Shown here piece after piece: positions 39,473 to 52,548 of a stretch of DNA of 64,000 bases (positions are counted from its first letter, which is position 1; each line of letters opens with the position of its first letter). The notes beneath the pieces were generated by a model. That model was not told where the DNA came from. It made no database searches and saw only the letters and a list, made by a program, of their open reading frames with translations. The position numbers and the translations under genes are program-made. This DNA comes from Geosiphon pyriformis uo1. Taxonomy: Eukaryota > Fungi > Glomeromycota. Location of the stretch: contig JAAOMT010000074.1 of assembly GCA_016748015.1 (NCBI GenBank), forward strand, positions 124,001-188,000. The letters are read 5' to 3'.

Positions 39473-39759
39473 CTTTATAGCTTATTTATACGTATTTTTA
39501 TATACAATTATTTTCCTTTTTTTTTTTAACAAAACCTTTGAGTTTATATTTAAAACCAAAAAAAAAAAAATTTTTTTTTAATTTCTTATTATTTAAATCA
39601 AATTTTCATTATTTTAAATAAATTTTAAATTTTAAATTTAATTAATAAAAAATAAAGCTTGATTAATATTTTCGAATATTTAAAATTTAATTTAATAATT
39701 TAAAAATAATAAATTAGATAAATTGGATTTTATTCATTAAACATAATAAAAAAATACTA

Positions 39760-40300
39760 AAACAATAAGTTTTAATTACAGTTATTAATATTAAAATAAT
39801 AAAATATTTAATCAAAAATTGTATAATTATTTTTTTAATTATATTTTGGACTTCAATATTTATAATAAAATTGGACTAAAATAACACAAAAACACAATTA
39901 AATTTATTAAAAAACCAATCTTAATAACAATAAATCCAACTAAATTTAACGATTTCTGAAACTAAAATTTAAAAAAATCATTTTTTAATAACAAAAATTA
40001 ATATTAATCAAGTTATTAATAAAAATAATAATATGTAATTTAAAAAAAAAAACAACAGTTTTAATATGTAATATATCAAATTAATAAACCAATTAACAAA
40101 AATTTTAAATATAATAAAAAACTTAAAATTTAGTATAAAAAAAAGTAACAAAAAACGACTTTACAAGCAAAAAACAAAATAATTAAAACTTTAATATTTG
40201 TAAAAATACCAATATTCAAAAATAATTTGTCAAATACGATTTTTATACAAAAGTATTAGTTTTAACAATTACTTTATTAAAAGCTTTTTTAAATTTAATA
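39760..40300 (-). mobile_element. Probable hyper-eroded antisense LINE fragment (endonuclease C-terminus/linker)
   Basis: Minus strand reads KK*F..ILVSEIVK (about 40000-39945) versus KKWF...ILVSKIVK in copy 2; other matches are weaker. Confidence 0.45.
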
Positions 40301-40877
40301 ATATTAAAAAAATATATATTATTAAATTTGTATTTTAATTATTATATAATTTTATTGTTGTTTTTTTTATTATGTTTTAATAAAGTCTAATATAATTATT
40401 AATTATAACATAAAATTTCAAAATCTTATAAATTACTGTAATTTATGAATTTTTTACATATAATTGATTATTTACAAAAAAGTCTAAATAATTATTAAAT
40501 ATATTATTTTTATGCAAAAAATTTAAATTATATTTTATTTTAAGATTTACATAAATTATTAATTATATAGTTAAAAATACCAATATTTTTTTTAATTATA
40601 AAAATTTTTATTTTATTTTAATATTTAAAAAAAACATCAATTAACTTTGTAATTAAAAAAACAAAAATATTAAAAGATTTAACAATAAATTTAACCAATA
40701 AAACTAATTTAATTATTTTAAATTCCAAAAAAGCAAATTTAAAATTGATTACAAAATTTACAATTTTTAATAGTCTTAATATAATAATTTGTATTTTAAG
40801 ATTAATTACAAACTTAAATAAAGATTTTTTAAAAAAAACAAAAGTATTATATAATTAAACAGTATAGAAAATAAAAT

Positions 40878-42308
40878 ATGTTTAATTATTAATAAAAAGA
40901 TTTAATATTAATTTTGCTAATTAGTTTTTAAATTATTGTAATTTGTTTTTTATTTGGAAATATTTCTAATATTATAAGAAATTAAATTTTAAAAATTTAG
41001 TTTTTGTGTAATTTAGTTATATTATTGTATTTATTAAAAATAAAAGTTTTATAAACTAATATGTTTTAAATGTTTTTAATAGTTTTTATTTATATTAATT
41101 TTAATTAAATTGTTTTAAGATAACTAAAAAGTATTTATTAATACTAGTATAAATATTAATGCTGTTTTCTATTTTTTATATCCGAATTTTAAATAAAAAT
41201 TAGTGTTTATAATATGTTTTTATCTATTATAATTAAAGCAGTTGTTTTAATATGATTAATAATAATTGTATTGATTTTTTTGTTAATATTTATATAAATT
41301 TACTTTTTATTTTATATTTTAATATTTATAAATATTATTTGGTTGTTAAAAACTAATTTATTTTAAAAAATATGTAATATTTTATTGGAAAATTGTTTAA
41401 TATTATTTTTATTAGTTAAAAATTAAAATATATTAAAAAATTTATAAACAAATTATTAATCTGTAATTTTTATTTAATATGTATTTTAATATTTAGATAA
41501 ACATATATATTTTACGTTAATAAGATTAATAATTACTAATTTTTGTTTTTATTTTATTAAAACTTTATATAAATATCTGTTAGTTGTTTTAAAAAAAAAT
41601 TGTATATTTTATTATATTTAAATGTTATTTGTTTATATTGTAAATTGATAAAAAATTCAAATTATATTTTTTTGTATAATGTTAATTTTCTTATTAAAAA
41701 AATATTGTTTCAAGTACTATTGTAAAGTAAGTATATATTTTTGGTTATTTAATTGCAAATTTACTAATTATTTAATTTTTACACAATTTATTTGCTAAAA
41801 ATCGTCTTTATATGACTGTAATTAAGAATTTGGTTTTAAAAATTTGGTTTTTTAAAACTATAAAAGTGTTTAATAATACCAAAAAAATTATTGTATATAT
41901 CATTTTATTTGTATATAATATAATAATTTATTATAAAACAAATATTTGATTGTTCAATACTAAATTGCAAATGTTTTATAAGTTTTAAAATTTGTTAATT
42001 AGTAATAATTTGGTATTATCAATAATTAAAAATTTGTTTTATAATAGCTTTAGTGTAAATATTTACAAAATTAGTTTTAATTTAAATATTTAGATTATAT
42101 TTAATCTTATTAACTTTTTAGCTTTAATGTTTTTTAAGTTTTATAATAATATTTATACTTCTTATAATATAGATTTATAATATTATTTTAATAGTATAAA
42201 TAACTAATTATATATAAAAAAATCATGAATTATATTTATTTTAAAATTTTATTTAATTATATATTAATAAATAATAATTAAATTGTATTTATTAAATAAA
42301 TAAATAAA
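40878..42308 (+). mobile_element. Hyper-eroded LINE (copy 4): post-RT region, CCHC region, C-terminus, 3'UTR and tail
   Basis: KRFNINFAN*..IWKYF*YYKKLNFKN (from 40895), KKLY..NVICLYC (CLYC 41630-41641), LYMTVIKNLVLKIW (from 41806) and NIDL* (stop 42178-42180), then a 3'UTR matching a C>T/G>A-converted version of copies 1-3. Confidence 0.85.
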
Positions 42309-42412
42309 TTAATTATCAACATAAAAAATCAGAAAACTAGTTTTAAAAGTTATATAACCCAAAAAAATTTGATTAATTTGGTTTTAAATATATTATATAA
42401 AATAATATATTT

Positions 42413-43385
42413 TGTTACCAGTAGAATTTTAGCTATCAATTAGCATGAAATTACTCTTATAATTTCTATAAATTAATTAGTATATTAATATCATTTCAAA
42501 TTATCACTTATTATTTAATTAATTATCACATATCACAATTCAATTAAATAATCCAATTAGTATGACAGAAAGTAGGATGATCAAATTATACAATACCCTG
42601 AACTTTGTAACATTCTAAAATTCGCTGAAATTTATAAAAATTCACCGAAATTATGAATAGTTCACCCAAATTAATCAATAGTTCAGCAAAATAACTTGTA
42701 GTTTATCAAAATGTATCTTTAGTTTGCTGAAATTTGAGCAAAGAGAAAAAGTGCAAGTCCATAGACTAGTACTACAACAAGTTGTATAAAAGAAGAGCTT
42801 TTCTCTTCAAGAAAATGTATCTTACTTTAGATTTATCACTTAGAACTATTCCTATACACAAAAAAAAGAAATAAATATCAAATAATTTGAAAAACCAAAT
42901 TCTTTAATATTGCACTTGGAACATCCCCAAAATCCAACTAGCATTTTGAAATTGATTAACTACCAATTTCAGTAAACTGTTAGTAACTCCAGGCCTGGAT
43001 AGAAAACGTTTCTCTTGACAGAATTCTATTTCTTTTACATTTTTTTTACATTTCTTTTATTTTCTTATTATAATTATCAGGGTAGCCTACAGACAAGATT
43101 CCTGTAGAAGAGTTAACTTTTACAGCAAAGTAACTACACATTTTTAGTGAGCTTCCAGATGAGCAATTTCTGGGAAAGAGTTGACGTTTACTACAATGTA
43201 ACTACATAAAGTAATTGGCAAGGAATTGGCCATTCCACTTATAAGCCCAGCAAGTTCAAATTATAAAAGATAATTTGAAAATAAATTCAGTTACTGGAGG
43301 TTCAACTACTTCCTGAAAACGTGAATTCACAGCAAATCAACATTAACAACATTCAAGAAAAGAGACCAAAAAACCTCCAGTAACA
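42413..43385. mobile_element. Solo-LTR-like insertion (973 bp)
   Basis: Termini TGTTAC...GTAACA; ATTT on both sides (42409-42412, 43386-43389); internal TATAAAAG at about 42785; much higher GC than the flanks, which rejoin as a homolog of 15110-15250. Confidence 0.75.
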
Positions 43386-44330
43386 ATTTTTTTAATTAAA
43401 CAAAAAAATTTTAATATTGTTTTTTTTTTATTAAAATTAATTAATAAATAAAAGTAGTTATAATAATATTATAAAACTTAAATTAAATATAATATATTAT
43501 TAAATACCAATAGATTTTAATTTAATATTAAAAATTTCATTACTATTTTAAAAAATAAACTAAATCTTAATATTATAATAAAATTTATATTAATAATTAA
43601 AAAAAATAAGTTTATTAAAAAATTAATTTTTTTAATTACATATTTTATTATACAAAAATAAATCTTATAATTTAAATTTTAATAAACACAATTTGTATTT
43701 AAAAACTTTATTTATTATTTAATAATTAAAAATAATAGCAAAAATTATAGTTTTAATATAAAATATTAAATTAAAAAATTAATTAACAGAAATTTTAAAC
43801 TTAATAAATAGGTTTAAAAATGTTTTAACAAATTAAAAATAGTATTTTTATAATTAAAAACTATGTAATTTAAACTTTAATACTTATAATAATACTAATA
43901 TTTAAAAGTTTTTTATTAAATACAACTTTTTTTTAAGATATTAATTTTAATAATAACAAATTAAAAAAGTATTTTTTAAAATTAAAAATAATAATAATTT
44001 TTTTTAACAATAGTTAAATTTAAAAAACCAAGAAATAAAACAAGTTTAATTATAAATTTGAGAATTAAATTATTAATTTCAAAAAAAATAGTTAAAAAAA
44101 ATCAATTAACTTGAATTTAAATATATTATAAAAAAATTTCTTCAATATTTTTGGTTATTATAATAAATTACAAATAAAAACAGCTTTAAATATATTAAAA
44201 ATTTTAAATTAAACAATAATATATTATTATAAATTATTAAACTTTAAAATTTTATTAAAATATTAAGTATTTTTAATATTATTAATAAATATATTTTTTT
44301 TTATTAATATTTAACAAATAAAGTCCAACT
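43386..44330. repeat. Extremely AT-rich eroded repeat block (continues 42310-42412)
   Basis: Aligns to 14590-15320, e.g. AAATAAAACAAGTTTAATTAT in both. Confidence 0.75.
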
Positions 44331-44977
44331 GTTATTTAATATATAAAATCAAACTAAATAGCTTAATCTAAATACAATTTATGCTCTTATTACATGTGGT
44401 CAACTACTTGGATCAGACAAAACAATAATAAACATCTATACTAACACATATATTTTCACCTAAACCTAATACTAAACTATTATCTTTGATTAATCCAGCT
44501 TTTTTTATATTCATTCTATGCTTGAACTTTACAAATCATACTTTAATACAATGCAATTCTATCAGATGTCTTACATATTTAACAACAATAGAAGCAGTTT
44601 TTTCTTTTCTATTAAAAACCATAACAGTTACCATATATCAGTCTCTTAGCACAAATCTTTTGTAAATTGCTGTATATAAACTCACATATAAATATATTTT
44701 TCAAGTGTCCTGGATGATCATGATTGAGTGTTAAAATATAAAATACAGCATCAAATAGTTCTTCGCCATTCGCGTCAACATTTACAATGGTTCCTGGGAA
44801 AAATAAATCGGGACTAAAAAATACCTGGATACTTATCTACAATCACGTGAAATATCGATATATGATGCGCACGTTCCTAGATGGTGTTTGATTTGGTAAA
44901 TCGCGGCGCGTCAAATTTATCAAAATTTCGTTTATTATTCTTGACAACCTTTGCGCTATTATTGACGGACATCAAAA

Positions 44978-46822
44978 ATGCCTGGCGGAAAATCCAAAAA
45001 AATAAAAGTAGATTGGCTAGCTATTGAGCCTCCAAAACTGAGGGTTTTTATTTCTTATTTTCTTGCTTCGGAGCTGTATTGGTGGTCAAAGAACGCTCTG
45101 GCTTGGGAACCCAAAAAACATATGATATTTTACAGTGTTTTCTCCTCTTCTCACCGTAATAAATAAGTCTGCGACCAACAGAAATGGTGCTTCCCAGAAA
45201 AAACGTATAGACTCTCAAATCTTTTACTGAAAGAATCACCTATCAATTCCGCATTGAAAATATAATATGAAAGCTTTTGTGCCTCTTTGTAGCCTTAGGT
45301 CCACATGAAGAAGATGATTGTGGCTTTGTCTTTGTCAGGAAACGTAACTTAACGACAGATTTTTCAGCATCGATGGGCTACATAGAAAATCCGCAATCAT
45401 CGAACACACAGGCATCCCAAACCTGGGCCGAGAAATCACAAACACCTGAAAAACCCTTAAAACGCTCTAGTCCTGTTTTATCACATTCCAAACTCACACC
45501 AGAAGCTAAAACTCCTTCAAGAACATTGGAATCAATAGTTGCCATACCTCTTGCAGAGACACCCATGATAAGAAAAAATCAAGAAATTCGAAAAGGCAGA
45601 AGAAGATCAAGTTTGGAGATGAGAGGAAAAAGAACCTCCACCATTGGAATGGGGATCATGCGTATGGAAAAATCCGAGTCATTTTTTTATTAGATCTATT
45701 TATTTCATCATTTATTTTCTCTTTTAGTCAAACCACATGCAAGTCTCGATCCCAAAGAATTCTATCGCCACATTAAGGTAGAGCTGCCTGGCCCTCACAA
45801 AATGAAACAGTTGTTAGTATGGTGCGGTCAGCGTGCCATTGAGAAACAAAAAGCAAAAGATGAGAATATTCTTAAAATAGGTAAAAGTTCAAAGTTGGGG
45901 TATTAGTAATTTTTGAGGCTGGCCATTGATCTTTATTTTGTTTACTTTTCCGGAATCTTCTTTTTCTCATACAGCCAAGATAGTAGAAGAAGAAATTCTC
46001 AATAAAATGATGAACAATCAAATAAATACTTCGTGGTATAACCGGAAGGTTTTTACATTCAAATCTTGACATGATTTACTCAAAATAATTAATATTGCAC
46101 GCGTTAATACTTTTTTTTTACGAAATTTAGATTATCCATGACCTAAATCAAGACTCACCTCAAAAAAAGCAGCATCCTCAAAATATTGAAAATGAAAAAA
46201 AATTAAGAGAATACGAAGATACACTTTCAAGGTCAGATAACTCAAACAATGGAAAAACTTCACGTTTCTTTATTCTCGCTTCGGATTTATTTTGAATCTT
46301 GCCAATTCTTTATCTTTCATGAAAGGCTAAAAGCTGAAGATCAAGAATGGACCGATCTTATAAGAAATGTAAATTCGTATCATGCCTCTATTTTGGATGA
46401 TTGTGCGAATTTGCCGCCAAACAAATTAATGACATCCAATCCACTGGATACGACAGATATCTCACTATTAACCGAAGAAGAAAGGCAGTATTTGGAAAAT
46501 TATTGCTCAAAAGATAAAAATCTTGCTGAAGATCAGTTCGCCGAAGAGACTATGACAACGATTGAATGCGAGGTAATTAAAAAACATAATTAGGATCTTC
46601 TATTAATATTTAATTTTAATTCTGTTCTTGATATGATTATTTTAGATTGATCAATTTTACCAAAGGTTGTACAATGCATACGTATTTGAGGAGGCAGCAC
46701 AAATATATTGCGATAGCATGCTTGAAAAACTTCGTGATGCTTTAAGAAAACGACAGCAAGGCAATATTGAGTCCAGTCTAGAAATCAAAGAAGTGTTGAG
46801 AGCATTGACGGGTAAGTCTTAA
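44978..46822 (+). CDS. DSN1: Kinetochore Mis12-complex subunit Dsn1/Mis13, multi-exon (5' exons tentative)
   Basis: EEDDCGFVFVR, ETPMIRKNQEIRK, RRRSSLEMRGKRTS, PHASLDPKEFYRHI, MKQLLVWCGQRA, TSWYNR, HPQNIEN; stop TAA 46820-46822. Confidence 0.88.
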
Positions 46823-48648
46823 TTGAATTGAATTTATAATTCATTGTTTTAGGTTATTAATAATAATTTAAATACCTTTTTAATAAAGTAAAATCTTGTG
46901 AGGTTGCCCAAGTCTAGATTTTGTTTCACAACCGCTTTTGAGACAACCTTCTCAGGTATCGGAATTGATAACAGATAATTTCTGATCTGAGATTCTGATG
47001 GAGATAGCATATCGTCGATTCTACGGGTGGCATGTAGTATGCCTTACTACCCTCTGGATTTGTCCCGTGCAAGCGCTGCAGAAATCGGTTGACTTCCCGA
47101 CTTACTATTGTATATAGGTTCCAGATTCATGTCGATTCAGGAATCCCGTTTCAAAAAACATGTAATTTTCAGAACACGATTGTATCGATCAACGAGACCA
47201 ACCTACTGATATTTGGTAAATGAGGACTGTGATTTCTATTTTGTATGATATGACAATTTTTAACATTTAATACTTCTTGGTTAGTTGGCTTTTTTTCTTG
47301 AAGTAAATATACCAAAAAGATTTTGGCTTCACTCAATTGCAGAAAGAGAGAAAAGGTTATCTTGAACATGCAATTCTCGTTATGTTAAAATTTTGCAATA
47401 AGAACTGGGAGGATTTGAAGACGTGCACTTTTTTTATAGTAAATTATATAAACACGAAACTAATTTCAAAGAGGATTTTAATAGTTTTGTTCCATTTTAA
47501 GTTTTGAAATTTCGTCAATTATTCAATTTCTTGGTTATTTTTTACCACCAAATTGCCTTCGAATTGTGAGAAAAGTAAATGGCCCTTGAGCATAATTTTC
47601 AAGAATTTTTTTTTTTTTTTAACAGTTAGTTAGGCTTGGCTAATGAAATTTAAACCCATGAAAATTCGGATCAGAAGTGGTAGTCGGCACCAACTTTTAC
47701 TATCCGATCGTCAAACCATTATTTCCTCGAGATCGGGAACAGTTCTAAATTGAATCGAGATTTTTTACCTTGATAAAATTAAAGTAAAACTACGATCTCA
47801 AAATCCTGAGGCCGAAAAGCATCTTGATCGATCCTTTTTTGAATGATATGATCACTCGGAGCAAAAAAGGGATTGCAAAAAGGAGATCACCAAAAAAAAA
47901 ACAATTTCATCATCAATCATGATAACAATTAAAATTACGAAATTTCTTAATCAAATGGATAAAAGAGGGAGAGGGCAGTGTTAAAAGTTTTGCCATTATG
48001 GTTCTTTTTTAATTTTTAATCGAGATATTTAGTTCCCGAGTTTTGACCAGTATATTATCGAGAAATTGAGAATTTAAAGTTTTTTCTTTGAGAAATCGGA
48101 CATTTTTTTTTTCCAGAATCTTAATGGAAGAGCATGATGTCAGATGTTTTGACAAAAAGTTTATATTATTAACTTAATACGACTAATTGTGTGGAACAGG
48201 TGTGTGAAAACGATGGTAAACAGACGGACGGACCTAGGAACAGAATGACGGACGACGACGAATCGAGATAATTTTGAAAAAGACGATTGACGAAATAATA
48301 TACACAAGTAAAGGCGGAAAAATTATTGAGTAGTGGTAAAAAAAAAAATTTTTTTTTTTTTCAAAAAAAGAAAGAACAAAAACAAGTTCATGATAGTGGT
48401 ATACTACAAAAGGGAAAACTGGGGAAAAATCAAGCACACAAAACACACGCACGTCTATATACTGTAAAGTTTATGTACATGTAGAACAAGGGCCAGAACG
48501 CGAAGCTAACTCACGTCAGGAGAAAGCAAAAATAGCGAACCCTGCCTCTAAAAGGATAATCAACATCATCTCTGCAGTTGATCTAAATTTACAAATATTG
48601 ACAAATACCATAATTGATTATAGTAATAAAGTTATTAATGAAGTCATT

Positions 48649-50389
48649 TCATCGTCTGTCGCGATCCTCCTCGCTTTTCATCGGATGAATATGATCATCT
48701 CTTGATTCGGTTCTTAATCTTTTACTAGAAATTTCTCTTTCATCGATGGATGATCCACGTGATTTTGATATTCCAATTGCTTCTGTAGTAGAGGAAGGTG
48801 AATTAGAAGTCAATGGATTGTTATTGTTGTTTTCAGAAGATTGTGATTGTGATTGTGGTGGTGGTTGTTGCTGTTGCATAGCCGAGAGTGCACGTTTTCT
48901 AGTTAACTTTGCAAAGTCTAAGAAAGCCAATAATGATAAAAGAAATTGGGATTATTTATTTTGGAGATAATTCGATCTAATTGATAAATTCAATTAGTCC
49001 AAATTAGAAAAAAAAACGGATAATTACGTAGACCACAAGCGTTGCAAAGGGTCCTTGCACCATCTGGACCGCGACGCCATTCTGGTGTTTCTGAAATATT
49101 ACAAGAATGACATCTTCCGGGAGGTGCAGCACGCTTCTATGAGAATAAATAGTGAAAAGTGAGCACGCGATATTCTAATTATAGTTTAATTAAAAATATC
49201 AATGTCGGAAAATTTAAATGAAAAATTTACGCTTCGTTTTCGATATTTTGTTCGTGTAGGCGTAACGCCTATGGGAGATCTCTTACTCCTAAGGATCTCC
49301 ATTCCATCATCTCCATTCTATCCAGGAAAACAAAAGAAAAGAAAAGAAAAGAAAAGATTTGTATTTGTTATTTTATAAATAAATTGAATTTCTTCATCTC
49401 AGAATCATGAAAGTCTTCTCCTCAGTTACCGAATCACCTGATCGACTACCAATCTCTTGCCTAATGGAAGATAAAACATTAAGGACCTCAGATGCTCTGG
49501 TGATCATCTCGGTGACCAACTTTTCTGTTGAAGTGGTGATGGTGGTAGTGGTAGTAGTCGATAGTGAAACACCCCCAGAATAAGATGTGGTTGAACCGGT
49601 CCAGTTGCTAGAGGTTTGATGATGAAATATGCCAAATTTATTATTCGCATTCCGAGAATCACCGTAATTAGCGACAAATTGAGTAATCGCATTACAATGT
49701 TCTAGAATCTATAAGAGATCGCAAACAATAGATGGATTGAGGTTGATCGAAATTAATTTTCTGATAATTAATATTTTGGCGTAAACATTTGTAATGGAGG
49801 TTCTTTGGTTTCAAAAACAATTAGAAACGAAAAAAAAAATTGATTTTTATACCTTTTCCAAATCCGATGTCCTCTTTTCACCACTCCAAATAAGAGTAGG
49901 CTGATCCTTGTTGAATTGAGGATTGGAATGATATTCCGGAACCATATTGTTAGTTACAAAACATAATTGTTGTTCTTGTTGTTGTTGTTGTTGCTGTTGT
50001 TGTTGCTGTTGTTGTTGCTGTTGTTGTTGCTGTTGTTGTTGTTGTTGTTGTTGGTGGTGTTGTTGTTGTTGGGTTGAAATATTTTTTATATCATTTCGAT
50101 GAGTTGTAATTTGAATATGTTGTGATGGAGGTGGCTGTGAATAGAATTGGTTTAAAGAATTTGATGAAGGAGCAGGTCTAGTCCAAACATTAGGATTTTG
50201 AGGTGGTTGAGAATGAAGATTTGAATGAATAAATTGACTATTATGAAAATCAGATTTTGAAGATGACAATGAATGTTGTTGCTGTGATTGATGAATTGAA
50301 GTAATGTCTCTGGTGTTATTATTATTGCTGTGATGATTATTATTATTATTATTGCTATTATTATTGTTGTTGTTTTTATTATAATTATA

Positions 50390-50461
<72 letters not shown>

Positions 50462-51618
50462 GCTATTACTATTACTATTATTGTCATGGACTCGAGGAAT
50501 GATGGACATCTCGATCGAATCGTTTGTAGATGAGACCGGTTTTGGTGGTGAGAAAGGTTGAGAAATTTGTGGAAAAGTATCATTGTATACTTTTAAAGAT
50601 GATTGGTGTAGACCAACGTTATTATTCGAGGAAATATTTTCGACTTGATTAACGGAAGGTAAATGAACATCTGGAGAATTTGTTAATGTAGAATATTGTG
50701 ATCGAGGATGTTGGTTTTGTTGTTGTTGTTGTTGTTTTAGAGGCTGGTTTTGTTGGTTAGATGATATTTTTGTTGGTATTGGTATTGGTAGTGGTGGTGT
50801 TGATGGGGGTGGTGTTAAGGTCGTTTTTGTTGTTGTTGTTGTTGTTATTATTGATTTTGATTTTGATGTTGACTGAAAAGAATTCTCTGGAATATTCATA
50901 TTCATGTGGTGATGATGATGTTGATGATGATGATGTGACAGAGAGTTTTCATTGAGATCACATTGGGAAAAAAGTGGTGATTGAGGTATCAGGGATGAGG
51001 AGGCGGAGGAGGAGGAGGCGGAGGAGGAGGAGGAGGAGGAGGAGGAGGAGGAGGAATGTGATTGATGTTTAGATTCTTCAGTTCTTTGTAAAAAAGGTTT
51101 AGCGTGTAATGAATTGGTGGAATCTGTGGAATTCAATGATTGGATATGACAAGGAAGCAGCGGTAAGGACGATGGTGGTGGTGGTGGAGGAGTAGAAGGA
51201 GGAAATGATGAAGGATTGGAAGATATTGAAGGGGATGAAGATGTAGAATTGATTGATGATCTATGATTATTTCCAGACGGTGAGGGTTGAACGCCTTTTA
51301 ATGGTGGAAAAGAGTTGGAAGGTGGTAAGAATAGCGAAGTTGCAGGAGGTAAAGAAGAAATTGCCGGGGAATGATTAACTCTATTTTGAGATATATCAAT
51401 TTCACCGCTAAATCAAATTAAAGAAAAGCTTTAAATTTAATAATTACTTTTTTGATTGCAAGAAAAATTCTTGTAACAAGTTAGAAATTTGAGACAACTT
51501 ACCAAGGCTGGTGATTCCTTGGCGGGTATAAAGTCTTTAAAGTATTGGAGGAAAATTTTGGAGATTTGTGAATTGAATGAACTATTGGAGGTAAAGAACA
51601 CATTGAAGCAACGTCCAT
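48649..51618 (-). CDS. GATA zinc-finger transcription factor (CX2CX18CX2C, NsdD/SUB-1-like), 6 exons
   Basis: KYRKRS|[36 protein letters not shown]|HFAKLTRKR; exon 1 51618-51503 ([11 protein letters not shown]), exon 2 51407-49853 with poly-S/H/T/N/Q tracts. Confidence 0.92.
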
Positions 51619-51929
51619 TTTTCTTTAATTTTCCGAAAACAAGATTTGAAATATTTTTTCTAGTAGAATTTGTGTGTTTAAAGAGAAAGGTAAATTTAAC
51701 CGAGATTTTTGTAGTAAAGTAAAGAAAAAGAAAAAGTAAACAGAATTGTTGGGGTAGAAGAATGATAAGTGAGAGGTAAAGTGAGATTTTTTTATGATAG
51801 AGAAATAAATGGAAAGGTGAAAAATTTGTATAAATGAACAGAGTATTATTCATATAAATTCTAAAAGCCAGGTCAAAATAGACGGGATGGGGTAAAAGTT
51901 GAAAAAAGAGAAATAGAAACGGAAACAAA

Positions 51930-52206
51930 AATGGAAATGGAAATAGAAATAGAAATAGAAATAGAAATAGAAATAGAAATAGAATAGAAAATAGAAATAG
52001 AAATGGAATAGAAATAGAAATAAAAAAAAGAATTCAAATAAAAGGATTCAGTAAAGATGGTATATACATGGGTAAAATAATAGGGTTAGAAACATGAGGG
52101 ATAGAGGGGAAATTATTAGGATCTATATTAAAAAAGCGTGGATTTAATAAATTATTAAAAAAGATGCGTGTGGACAAGTTAAAAATTATATAGAGTAATT
52201 CACGTT

Positions 52207-52241
<35 letters not shown>

Positions 52242-52514
52242 AAAATTAAGATAGAGATGATCATGCGCCCGATGTTGCCCGCCTCTCGCCTCTCGCCTCC
52301 TTTTAGCCACGGGTTTATTAAAACAGTTTTTTTTTTTTTCAAACCATTTTGATTGGATTAATAAGTTTATTTTTTTAATTTTTAATTTTTAATTTGTTTT
52401 AAATCTGGGAAAAGGTTTGTTTCGTCCTAAAAAAATTCTACACTTGCATCAGCAACAGCAGCAGTAGCAAGAACAACAACAACAACAACAAAAAACAACA
52501 ACAACAACAACAAA

Positions 52515-52548
<34 letters not shown>

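Noticed and set aside
42618-42735. Short spaced repeats as a CRISPR-like array
   Set aside because: Degenerate ~21-bp tandem units without unique spacers, inside an LTR-like element in a eukaryote, with no cas genes.
44610-44812. Open minus-strand frame PDLFFPGTIVNVDANGEELFDAVFY...
   Set aside because: No start codon or recognisable family; overlaps the DSN1 upstream region.
44840-44915. CACGTG and CGCG motifs upstream of DSN1 as cell-cycle (MCB/E2F-like) sites
   Set aside because: Short motifs without exact consensus; cannot be distinguished from chance.
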